A stretch of DNA of 64,000 nt from contig CBDETK010000013.1 in assembly GCA_965242865.1 (NCBI GenBank), forward strand, positions 2,336,001 through 2,400,000. Direction: 5' to 3'. How positions within the stretch are numbered: position 1 is the stretch's first letter; every line of letters starts with the position of its first letter. Position numbers and translations under genes: made by a program. This document shows positions 51,166-59,901 of this stretch, piece by piece. The stretch is from Candidatus Latescibacterota bacterium. Lineage in GTDB: Bacteria > Latescibacterota > UBA2968 > UBA8231. Under the pieces are notes generated by a model. The model was not told where the DNA came from and searched no databases. It was given only the letters and a program-made list of their open reading frames with translations.

Positions 51166-53859
51166 TCACAGCCGAGGGTCAACCGGCTCGCTTTCCAACG
51201 CCAAGACCCCAAAGACGCATTCGTGTACCCGGCGCAAGGGCTGCCCGGCGACAAACCGCTCCAAGCCCTCCACCCCCAGCGCAAATTCCCGCAGGGCCAG
51301 TGCCTGCTTGCCCTTGAGGTTGCGGTCGCGCAAAAGCTCTAGGTGCTCTGCGTACTCCGGGCCGTAGATCAGCCGCAGGTATTCGCGGCCCCGGCACTTG
51401 AGCGCTGGCTGGACGAGGCCGCGCCCGTCTGTGCAGACGAAGTCTAAGGGCTTGGAGACGAATCCCTCGCTGCCGCTTGCGGTCCGTTCCTCCCACCACC
51501 GGACTGCTTGGCCGGTGCTGTGCGTATCGTCTAAAACCACGCGCCGCCGATCTATCGCACTCAGCCAATCCGGCCCGGCCGCGCAGAGCTGGTCCAAAAT
51601 CTCCAAGTGCCACGCATGGGTCTGGCTGCTGTAGCCTTGCCCTTGGTTGTAGCCTTGCCCCTGGTTGTAGCCTTGCCCCTGGTTGTAGCCTTGCCCCTGG
51701 TTGTAGCCTTGCCCCTGGTTGTAGCCTTGCCCCTGGTTGTAGCCTTGCCCCTGGTTGTAGCCTTGCCCCTGGTTGTAGCCTTGCCCCTCTGTGGGCAAGT
51801 GGACTCGGCCTTCCGTAGCCAAGAGGTGAAAGGGAGCCAATTTGAGATCGTCGAGCGAGCGCACGGGCCAGCAATAGGGGCGATAGGCCGCGGCGTAGTG
51901 GGCCACGGATTCGGCCCGGCCGCGGCAACGGCTCAATAGATCGCCTACAGGTACGCCCCGTGCGGCCGCCTGCTCCAGCGCACTCGCGGCCGCCGCCAGT
52001 GCCATCCGCGCGGCCGCGCCCACGGCTGCGTACTGGCCTTTGAGTAGCGGCTCCGCCTTGGCCGACCAAGGCATGATCTCGGCGTCGAGTATGGCCCAAT
52101 CCGTCGCCAGCGTCCTCCACAGCTCGCTGCGCTCAAAGGCCCGGCGCACGCAATCCAAGAGCTTCGCTTCCAAATCTGCATCCGCAAAGAAGCGGCGGCC
52201 CGTGCGCGTGTAGCAGATGCCGGCACTACCGTCCTCTATGCCAAAGTGCCGTTGCGCGGCCGCCGGGTTGCGGCAGACGACCAGCACGGCCCGCGAACCC
52301 ATCTGCTTCTCCTCGCAGACGAGCTCGCGCACGCCGCGGCGGCGATAGTATGCGAAGACCTCGTCCGGGTGTTCGAGCAAGTCGGGGCGGGTGCTGGTTT
52401 GGGGCGGGGCCATCGTCGGCGGCAGATAGACCAACCACCGCGGATCAACGGCGAAGCGGCTCATCACCTCTAGGGCCGCAGCCGCCCGCTCCGCATGGAT
52501 GGCAATTCGACCCAGCAACCGCGTCTCCACGCGCCGCCCGCCGGCTACATCCGCTAAGTCGAGCACCTCGTCGCGCGTCTGTTGCACCGCCAAGGGGCGC
52601 ACCGGATCGGCGTATTGCGCCTCGGCCGGGACGGATACGAGTTCCAGCTCGGGATAGCGCAGGGCCGTTAGCTCGCCGCCAAAGACGCAGCCGGTGTCGA
52701 TGTTGATCGCGTTGTTGACCCACTCCGGTCGCGCCACCGGGGTGTGTCCATAGACGACGCGGGCGCGGCCCCGGTACTCGGCCGCCCAATCGCGGCGCAC
52801 CGGCAGGCCAAATTCGTCCTTCTCGCCGGTCGCGTCCCCGTACAGGGCAAACGTCCGCACGGCCCCCGAGGCGCGACCAGCCATTTCCTCCTTCATGCCG
52901 GCGTGCGCCACCACCAGCGCACCTTGATCGAGGACGTAGTGGCTGACTAGGCCGCCGAGAAAGGTCTCGACCTTTTTCTTGAACTCGGTCGTCTCGCCGG
53001 CGAGTTGGGCCAGCGTCTCTTTGAGGCCATGGGTGCGTTGGACCTTTCTGCCCTGTAAGGCCCGGACCAACCGCGCATCGTGGTTGCCCGGTACGCACAG
53101 GGCAGCCCCCGACTCCACCAAGCGCATAACCAGCGCGAGGACGCCGGGGGCATTGGGGCCGCGGTCCACCAAATCGCCGACAAAGACGGCCTTGCGCCCC
53201 GGCGGCGGCTCCACCTTTTCCCCGGCGATGCAATACCCCAGCCGGGCGAGCAGGGCCTTGAGTTCGGCGCAACACCCGTGTACATCGCCGATGATGTCAA
53301 ACGGGCCGCGCTCCTCGCGGCGGTCGGGCCACAGCTTTTCCCGCACCACTTCGACCCGCGCCACATCTGTGGGCGAGCGCAGGGCAAAGGAGCGGCGAAA
53401 GCCCTCGCGCTTGAGGCCCTTGAGGCCGCGGCGCAACTGGCGGTGTTGTCGCGGGATCACGTGGGAGGGCAAGTCGCGGTCGGTGCGCTCGGCCGCGCGC
53501 TCCTCGCAGAGCGCACGAGGCAGGTCAAAGACGATGGCCACCGGCTGGGCGTGATAGCGCTTGGCCAGTTCTACCAGCGGCTTGCGCGCTTCGGGCAGGA
53601 CGTTGGTCGCATCGACCACGGTCAAAAGGCCCCGCGCCAAGCGGCGAGCGGCGACAAAGTGCAGGGAGGCAAACGCATCGCCTGTGGCCTCTTGGCTGTT
53701 TTCGTCGTCGGCGACCAAGCCGCGAAAAAAGTCTGCGGAAAGCACCTGAGTCGGGAGGAAGTGCGTGCGAGCAAAAGTCGATTTGCCCGCGCTAGAGACG
53801 CCGATTAGCACCACCAGCGAGAGGTCGGGGATTGAGAGGCGGATTTTCTCGTCAGCCAC
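51166..53859 (-). CDS. pnkp: Bacterial polynucleotide kinase-phosphatase (kinase, metallophosphatase, ligase) with low-complexity insert
   Basis: P-loop GVSSAGKST, DATN; GDVHG, GDLVDRG, GNHD, YGHT, DTG; ligase EEKQMGSR, EGFVSKP, KCRGREYLR; C-terminus ESEPVDPRL. Confidence 0.95.
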   Translation of the reverse strand: MADEKIRLSIPDLSLVVLIGVSSAGKSTFARTHFLPTQVLSADFFRGLVADDENSQEATGDAFASLHFVAARRLARGLLTVVDATNVLPEARKPLVELAKRYHAQPVAIVFDLPRALCEERAAERTDRDLPSHVIPRQHRQLRRGLKGLKREGFRRSFALRSPTDVARVEVVREKLWPDRREERGPFDIIGDVHGCCAELKALLARLGYCIAGEKVEPPPGRKAVFVGDLVDRGPNAPGVLALVMRLVESGAALCVPGNHDARLVRALQGRKVQRTHGLKETLAQLAGETTEFKKKVETFLGGLVSHYVLDQGALVVAHAGMKEEMAGRASGAVRTFALYGDATGEKDEFGLPVRRDWAAEYRGRARVVYGHTPVARPEWVNNAINIDTGCVFGGELTALRYPELELVSVPAEAQYADPVRPLAVQQTRDEVLDLADVAGGRRVETRLLGRIAIHAERAAAALEVMSRFAVDPRWLVYLPPTMAPPQTSTRPDLLEHPDEVFAYYRRRGVRELVCEEKQMGSRAVLVVCRNPAAAQRHFGIEDGSAGICYTRTGRRFFADADLEAKLLDCVRRAFERSELWRTLATDWAILDAEIMPWSAKAEPLLKGQYAAVGAAARMALAAAASALEQAAARGVPVGDLLSRCRGRAESVAHYAAAYRPYCWPVRSLDDLKLAPFHLLATEGRVHLPTEGQGYNQGQGYNQGQGYNQGQGYNQGQGYNQGQGYNQGQGYNQGQGYNQGQGYSSQTHAWHLEILDQLCAAGPDWLSAIDRRRVVLDDTHSTGQAVRWWEERTASGSEGFVSKPLDFVCTDGRGLVQPALKCRGREYLRLIYGPEYAEHLELLRDRNLKGKQALALREFALGVEGLERFVAGQPLRRVHECVFGVLALESEPVDPRL
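51630..51788 (-). repeat. 18-bp tandem repeat, about 8.8 units, encoding GQGYNQ
   Basis: TGTAGCCTTGCCCCTGGT repeated almost perfectly on the + strand. Confidence 0.97.
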
Positions 53860-55231
53860 CGCGGGCCTCCGCAGAGAAAATCGCCAGCTGCGTTGGCGTG
53901 CCTAGCGCGGGGTGCGCTGGGCCAACGGGCGCGAAGCGCACGGCATATCCATAGCGTTTTCCCACCTGCTTTGTCCACGCTTCCAGTTCCGCCCGCCGCC
54001 ACTCAAAGCGGTGGTCGGGATGGCGAAATGCACCGGCCGGCAGCGCACCCCAACGGGCATTGTATTCGGCGTTGGGGGTGGTTATCACGACCGTACCCGG
54101 GCGGGCGAACTCGAACACGGCCCGCTCGCAGGCCCGCAACTGGGGCGGATCCAAATGCTCGACGACCTCCACCAGCACTGCGGCGTCGTACCCGCTCAAC
54201 CGGGCGTCGCGATAGGCCAGCGACCCTTGAAAAACCGCGACCTGTTCGCCGCGTGGCAGCCTTGTGAGCCGCTGACGAGCCCGCGACAGGGCTTGCGGCG
54301 ATACATCCATGCCCACCACTTCGGCGAACTGCGCTTCCGCCGCCAACCGCGCCAGCAGCTGCCCCTCTCCGCAGCCGAGGTCCAGCACCCGCCGGGCCCC
54401 GCTCGCCTTGAGCACCTCAACCACGGCGGCCAGCCGCTGCTGGTTCAAGCTCAACTGCTCTTCGAGTGCCTCTTCGCCCGCGTGGTTTTCGGCCTCCCCG
54501 CCTTCCTCGGCCAAAAGCCGCGACAGCGCAGCTTGCTTGAGACCGCGCTGGTGCTTTAGGTAGCGCTCGACAACGACCTCGCGCAGGGGGTGGTCGGCCA
54601 GCCACGGCTCGCCTCGCCGCATCAACTTGTCGATCTCTTCCTCGCCCACGTAGTAGTGCTTCCCGTCGTCGAGCACCGGTATTAGCACGTACAGATGCGC
54701 CAGCACTTCTTTTAGTGGCCGCACACCCTGGAGCGCGACCTCGTAATAGGGACTTTTGCCCCATTCTAAAAAATGCTCGTCGAGCAAGGAGCCGCTAGCC
54801 TCCACCGCATATCCCAACGGCTCAAAGAGGCCGTGCAACAAGCCTTCGCCGCCCCGGCAGGGCAGGGCACTCACGCTCACTTGCAGCGGCAGGGCCGTTT
54901 CTACGAGCTCGGCTCGTTCTCGGCACTGTCCATTCAGGGCCGAGGTAAACACTCGGGCCATGGCTACGCTGATGAAAGAGGAGGCCGCGTACGGACGGTC
55001 GTTGACATAAGACGCCAGCGCAAAGTCCGAGGAGGCCGAGTGCCGCTTGAGCGCGGTTGGCTCTACATCGAGGAGCAACGCGGCCGTGCAGCGCTCAGCC
55101 GAGGCTTCGGGATAGAAGACGTGCGCTGTCCCAAAGGGCAGGTCAAAGGCTTGGGCGCGGCTTGGGTGCTTGTGCAGGAGGTAGCCCAAGTTCGTAGCGG
55201 GTTGATGCGTGGTCGAAATCGTCAGGAGCAT
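53852..55231 (-). CDS. hen1: 3'-terminal RNA ribose 2'-O-methyltransferase Hen1
   Basis: MLLTISTT..PAT.LGYLLHKHP; YVNDRPY; PVLD..KHY; LDLGCGEG; EVVEH; TPNAEYN; RHPDHRFEW; overlaps pnkp. Confidence 0.96.
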   Translation of the reverse strand: MLLTISTTHQPATNLGYLLHKHPSRAQAFDLPFGTAHVFYPEASAERCTAALLLDVEPTALKRHSASSDFALASYVNDRPYAASSFISVAMARVFTSALNGQCRERAELVETALPLQVSVSALPCRGGEGLLHGLFEPLGYAVEASGSLLDEHFLEWGKSPYYEVALQGVRPLKEVLAHLYVLIPVLDDGKHYYVGEEEIDKLMRRGEPWLADHPLREVVVERYLKHQRGLKQAALSRLLAEEGGEAENHAGEEALEEQLSLNQQRLAAVVEVLKASGARRVLDLGCGEGQLLARLAAEAQFAEVVGMDVSPQALSRARQRLTRLPRGEQVAVFQGSLAYRDARLSGYDAAVLVEVVEHLDPPQLRACERAVFEFARPGTVVITTPNAEYNARWGALPAGAFRHPDHRFEWRRAELEAWTKQVGKRYGYAVRFAPVGPAHPALGTPTQLAIFSAEARGG

Positions 55232-55328
55232 GGGCTTGTAGAAACGAGCCGTAAGGAGATCGTGTCAACCTCGGAGTTGGGCAGTTCCGCTATTTCGCCG
55301 ACAAGTTGGGGGCAACTTCCTGCAGCCC

Positions 55329-55380
55329 CATTCCCGCGAAAGAACGTCACCCCGTGCCCCGAAACGGGGCGGGAATCCAG
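55329..55380 (+). repeat. Palindromic repeat, family A
   Basis: CATTCCCGCGAAAGAACGTCACCCCGTG...ACGGGGCGGGAATCCAG. Confidence 0.85.
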
Positions 55381-55580
55381 CCTCGCGTCCGCTGAGGGCT
55401 TAGACGAGTTCCGTCAAGTCGCTCTGCCGAACCACCGAAGATTGCTCTAGTCGCTTTCAGGTATTTACATTCAAAAGGCTCGATAGCAAATCGACGCCAG
55501 CACGAAAGCCTGCCAAGCACCATAGCATAACTATAACTCGGTTGGCCTCCTTTGGGGCAATTTAATTGTTAGATAATTAT

Positions 55581-55619
55581 CGTAACTCATTGAAAAACAA
55601 TAATTTATCCCCCCCCCCC
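55581..55619 (+). promoter_or_regulatory. Dyad motif followed by a C11 tract in the 5' end of the arylsulfotransferase-like gene
   Basis: CGTAACTCATTG AAAAA CAATAATTTA T C11; 21/27 identical to the minus-strand copy at 50836-50862. Confidence 0.65.
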
Positions 55620-55666
55620 GAAAATTCGGTCCTGGGTTTCGGAATCGTCTGCCCCAACTGCTATTT

Positions 55667-57073
55667 GTGGTGGCCCTTGCGCTGGCGGCCTACGCCTACG
55701 GCTGGCTTAGTCTCCGCTACGAGTTATTCCCCTACCCGGTCATCTCTGATGGCATAAAGACCTTGCGGACGTTGCACGGTGTAAATAAAAACAAAGAAAA
55801 GGAAGTCGGCGCATTCAGGCACTTCTCCGACGCTGTGTCACCGGAACGTGCGACCGCCAACCGCTTCCAGTTCGTGGCCGGCGATTCCCTCAGCGGTCCG
55901 GTGCTGTGGCAGGGCGGACGCTACCAGTTCCTCGAGTATTGCCCCGACGAGGGATGCTTAGCAGTAGAGTACACCGCCACCGGCGGAGTCGCCCATGCCT
56001 ACCCACTCCGCCCCAATGAACTCGAACAGGCCGCCGCCGCGGCCCACTCCGACGAATTCCCCTACGAGCTATCCCCCGCCACCTCTTTCGCTAGAGATAC
56101 TCATGTATTCGGCATATCACGATACGCGAATGGCGACCTGCTGGTGGTTTTTCACAATAAAAATACTGCTTTCCCCTCTGGCGCGGGCGTTGCGCGGATC
56201 GACCGCGACGGGCATCCGGTCTGGTTCCGGCGCGACTACAGCCATCACTGGCCGCATATCGAGGCCGACGGCGTCGCGCTGGTGCCCGGCCTGCTGATTG
56301 GCAGCGAGGACATATCCTTTAAGGGAGGCCCAAGATTACGATGGACCCGCACACTTAGGTGTACCGGGAACCGGCCGCATCTCGACACCATAGGCGTGAT
56401 CGACGGGAATGGACGGCTCCTAAAGCGTATCAACTTGATCGACGCTTTGCGCGATTCTCCATTCGCGTACCTCATGCAATCCACCTCGAAGCCCGGAGGG
56501 GCTGGATCGCCGTGCGATCCCCTTCACCTCAACTTCGTTTACCGGCTTGGGGCCGACGCTGGCGGTACGTGGGGCCTCGCGCCGGGCGACCTCGTGGCGT
56601 CCCTACGCAATCTAAGCGCATTTGCCATCCTCGATGGCGAATCGGGGCGCGTCAAGCGGCTGGTCCGCGGGAGTTTCTTCTACCAACACAGCGTCCAGCA
56701 CCTAACGGGCGCGACCTTTCTGATGTTCGACAATTTCGGCCACGATGGGACTCACGGCCCCTCGCGGCTGCTCATGATCGACCTCGCCGATGGCCGGGAG
56801 ACGACCATCTTTCCCAACGACCAGACGCCCGAACCCCTGCAAAACCTGTTCTCCGACGCCCAAGGCGTAATCGACATCTCACCTGACCGCCGGCGGGCGA
56901 TGGTCTCATTCACTGAGCCGGGCATGGGCGTAGAGGTGCGTCTTGCCGATGGCGCGGTGCTGAACGTCTTCCATTCCCTGCACGATGTGTCGAACTTGGA
57001 GCAGTTCCCCGAAAAACGGAAGCAACGAGCCACCAGATTCAGAATGAGAGGACTTTACTACATCCGCAATTGA
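55667..57073 (+). CDS. Arylsulfotransferase (ASST)-like beta-propeller protein; the real 5' end may lie across the C11 tract from 55566
   Basis: NGDLLV, RID.DG..VW, HH, DPLHLN, ASLRN, QH, FDN.G motifs. Confidence 0.75.
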   Translation: MVALALAAYAYGWLSLRYELFPYPVISDGIKTLRTLHGVNKNKEKEVGAFRHFSDAVSPERATANRFQFVAGDSLSGPVLWQGGRYQFLEYCPDEGCLAVEYTATGGVAHAYPLRPNELEQAAAAAHSDEFPYELSPATSFARDTHVFGISRYANGDLLVVFHNKNTAFPSGAGVARIDRDGHPVWFRRDYSHHWPHIEADGVALVPGLLIGSEDISFKGGPRLRWTRTLRCTGNRPHLDTIGVIDGNGRLLKRINLIDALRDSPFAYLMQSTSKPGGAGSPCDPLHLNFVYRLGADAGGTWGLAPGDLVASLRNLSAFAILDGESGRVKRLVRGSFFYQHSVQHLTGATFLMFDNFGHDGTHGPSRLLMIDLADGRETTIFPNDQTPEPLQNLFSDAQGVIDISPDRRRAMVSFTEPGMGVEVRLADGAVLNVFHSLHDVSNLEQFPEKRKQRATRFRMRGLYYIRN

Positions 57074-57087
57074 GGAGGAGCGAGTCA

Positions 57088-57279
57088 ATGAACGAGGAAG
57101 GCATCGTCATGGCATACATTGGCCCCGGAGCGGGCTTGGCGTCCATCGGGGCCTTGCTGACCCTGCTAGGGGCGGTAGGGCTGATGGCGTTGGGGTTTAT
57201 ATGGTATCCAGTCAAGCGCGTAATTCAGAAGTGGAGGGAGAGGCGGGCCGAGAAAAAGTCCGTAGAGCCTACCAAGTAG
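57088..57279 (+). CDS. Small membrane protein of the AYIGPGAG type
   Basis: GAGGAGG RBS; AYIGPGAG followed by a TM helix and WYP.KR basic tail. Confidence 0.7.
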   Translation: MNEEGIVMAYIGPGAGLASIGALLTLLGAVGLMALGFIWYPVKRVIQKWRERRAEKKSVEPTK

Positions 57280-57347
57280 GGCCGGTGCCGGGCGAGCTCC
57301 ACCTGCACCGCAGTCCAAGCACCTAATCCCACGACCGCTGCCAATCG

Positions 57348-58811
57348 CTAAATGTCGTCAAAGGGATAGAGTTTGCGACCCAGTCGCTTAAAGGCCAGCT
57401 TGCCCTCGGCCGGCGCGTGGACCGACGGTTCGGAAATTACCTGAATCTGGCCAGCCCACGGCTCAAAACCAGCGCGAAAGTGGGCCGCAGACTTGACGCC
57501 GACATAGCGCATCTGCTTCGGATCCAAACCCAAGGTGCGAGAAAACGCCGTGCAAAACGGTTGCTCGCGCTTGTTCACCAACAGCACGTGTACCCCGCCC
57601 GTGCGGATGTGGGCCGAGCGGCCCATGTTGCCGTCTAGGCCGGCGTACATCGGCCCGTCGTAGCGAAAGGGGCCGTCGGTCAAGGCCACCACCTCGGCCC
57701 GCATGGCGCAAGGCTCGCCCTGCAATGGGGACGACTTGCCGCCCACCGCTAAATTGAGCACCGCACCAACACCGGCCTGATGGCAAGCGGTCACCGCTTG
57801 GGGATCGACCATGTACAGGACGCAGGCGTCTTGCAGGTCAGCCGCCAAAAAAGCCCGCAACAGCCCCGTGCTGTCGCCGGGCGAGCCGCCGCCGGTATTG
57901 TCGTTGCGGTCGGCCAAAACCACGGGGTAACGACCCGTCCTTTCGGCGGCTTGCAGGGCTTCTGCGGTAGAGGGCATGGCCGCCTGCCAAGCGGCCCGGT
58001 GCTCCCAAATCCAAGCGGCCAGTTCGTCAGCGCACGATTGGGCTAGGCCGGGGTCGTCGTCCGTGGCCACGTACACTGAGGCCCCCATATCGGGAATGTC
58101 GGCCAATGGGAAGCAAGTGGCGATGGAGCCACAGACGACCCCGGGACGCGCCTCAATCCGGTGCAGGTATTCGATGGCTTGGCGCATGGGCGGATGGGCC
58201 GTCACTTGGTTCATGCCCCAGACTAGGGGCAGTTGGTGCAAGGCCAGGGTCGGCCGCAGACCTTCCCGCACCGTGCGTACTAACACATCGGCGCACTCGC
58301 GGCCTCTGGCGGCCATATCGACCTCTGGATAGGTCTCCCGCCCAATCAGCACATCAGCCGCTTCGATCATGCCTTGCGAGACATTGGAGTGGATGTCCAG
58401 TTGCCCGACGATGGGCACATCCGGGCCGACCAACTGGCGCACGGCCGCTAGGATATGCCCGTCGGCGTCGTCAAGGCCCTCGGCCACCATGGCCCCGTGC
58501 AATTCCAGTAACACCCCGTCAATGGCACCCGCCGCCTCAATGCCGTTGAGCAGCTCGCCTACGAGCCCGTTGAAAATGGGGCGAGGCGTCGGGGCACTGG
58601 GGTAGGCTTCGGCCAAAATCGTCGGCACCACGGCAAAGCCGTGCGCCTCGGCCCCTTCGATAAAGCCGCCGATGGGTGTATTGGCCCCGGTAAAGCGCTC
58701 GACAATTTCCGCTCCGTGGAGATAGCTGCGCTCCCGGAAACTGTCCAACGTGGTGGCTACGTTGGTGAAGGTACTGCTCTCGTGGGCAATGCCGCCGATC
58801 GCTACGCGCAT
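57348..58811 (-). CDS. M81 family metallopeptidase (MlrC-like)
   Basis: GIAHESSTF, LHGAMV, D.H.N, TYP.VD, DN.GGG..GD, VKS..HFRA. Confidence 0.93.
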   Translation of the reverse strand: MRVAIGGIAHESSTFTNVATTLDSFRERSYLHGAEIVERFTGANTPIGGFIEGAEAHGFAVVPTILAEAYPSAPTPRPIFNGLVGELLNGIEAAGAIDGVLLELHGAMVAEGLDDADGHILAAVRQLVGPDVPIVGQLDIHSNVSQGMIEAADVLIGRETYPEVDMAARGRECADVLVRTVREGLRPTLALHQLPLVWGMNQVTAHPPMRQAIEYLHRIEARPGVVCGSIATCFPLADIPDMGASVYVATDDDPGLAQSCADELAAWIWEHRAAWQAAMPSTAEALQAAERTGRYPVVLADRNDNTGGGSPGDSTGLLRAFLAADLQDACVLYMVDPQAVTACHQAGVGAVLNLAVGGKSSPLQGEPCAMRAEVVALTDGPFRYDGPMYAGLDGNMGRSAHIRTGGVHVLLVNKREQPFCTAFSRTLGLDPKQMRYVGVKSAAHFRAGFEPWAGQIQVISEPSVHAPAEGKLAFKRLGRKLYPFDDI

Positions 58812-59011
58812 CTGCTGCTCCTTTCTTGGGTCATCTCGGCTCCAAAAGCCGCTGTGTAGCCGTATAGTAGGTCGAATTCTGCATGGGCACAAACAGGGGG
58901 GCCGATCCGCTTTAATGGACATTTTCAAGTCGAGGATTTACCTTCTAGGGTGATTCGTTCCCAACCCTATCAAAGGTAGGAAAAATGTCCCAGCCCCTAA
59001 GGAGGCCTCCC

Positions 59012-59899
59012 ATGATCCAGCTACCCAAGTCCATCCTCGGCATCATTGCCGTCGTCTTCGTCCTATTCCTCGTCAGCCCGCGCTTCTACCAAAGCGTCCC
59101 GGCTGGTCACGTGGGCGTCGCGACCCTCTTCGGCGAAGTCCAGTCCGAGTCTTTCACTGAGGGCTTGCACATCCCGGTCAACCCCCTCTACGAGTGGCAC
59201 CTCTTTGACGTGCGCCAAAAGACCCATTCCGAAACCTCCAACGTCCCCAGCCAAGACCAGCTGCAGACGAAGATCGACGTCAGCGTCCAGTACCGGCTCG
59301 TGTCTGACGACGCGCCGCGCATCTTGCAGGAGACGGGCGGTATTGAAAATGTCCGCGCCGTTCAGATCGTGCCCAAGCTGCGCTCCCTAATCCGCGAGCA
59401 AGGCAAGACCATCAAGCGCGCCGAGGACTTCTTTTTGGAAGCGACCCAGACCACTTTGCAGACGGCCCTGCTCGAAGGGCTGAAGGATTACCTCCAGCCC
59501 AAAGGAGTCGCTGTAGAGGCCGTGTTGATCCGCGACATCTCGCTGCCGCCCTTTATCACCAAGGCCATTGAGGCCAAAAAGGAGCGCGAGCAGGAAGTCG
59601 AAAAGCAAAAGGCCGAGCTGGAGCGCTTTACCACCGAGCAAAAGCAGAAGGTCGCCTTGGCCCGAGCCGAAAAGGACGCGGCCGAAGCCGAAGCCGAAAA
59701 GCGCCGCCTGCTCGCCGACGCCCAAGCCTACGAAATCACCAAGATCAACGAGGCCATCGGCCGCAATCCCAACTACGTCAAGCTCCAAGCGCTCAAGTCC
59801 CTCGAAGCCATCTCTAAAGACCCGGCCGCCAAGGTCTATTTTATCGATGGCACCAGCCCGGCACCGCTGCCGCTGATGCACCTAGGCGACGCCAAATAG
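59012..59899 (+). CDS. SPFH/prohibitin family membrane protein
   Basis: AGGAGG RBS; TM anchor; V.AGHVGV..FG.V, EGLH...P, coiled-coil C-terminus. Confidence 0.92.
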   Translation: MIQLPKSILGIIAVVFVLFLVSPRFYQSVPAGHVGVATLFGEVQSESFTEGLHIPVNPLYEWHLFDVRQKTHSETSNVPSQDQLQTKIDVSVQYRLVSDDAPRILQETGGIENVRAVQIVPKLRSLIREQGKTIKRAEDFFLEATQTTLQTALLEGLKDYLQPKGVAVEAVLIRDISLPPFITKAIEAKKEREQEVEKQKAELERFTTEQKQKVALARAEKDAAEAEAEKRRLLADAQAYEITKINEAIGRNPNYVKLQALKSLEAISKDPAAKVYFIDGTSPAPLPLMHLGDAK

Positions 59900-59901
59900 C
59901 C

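Noticed and set aside
51630-51788. 18-bp repeat as CRISPR or intein
   Set aside because: No spacers and no intein terminal motifs; simple coding microsatellite
51166-55231. Hen1-Pnkp itself as a novel system
   Set aside because: Established bacterial RNA repair system; only the insert and flanking motifs are unusual
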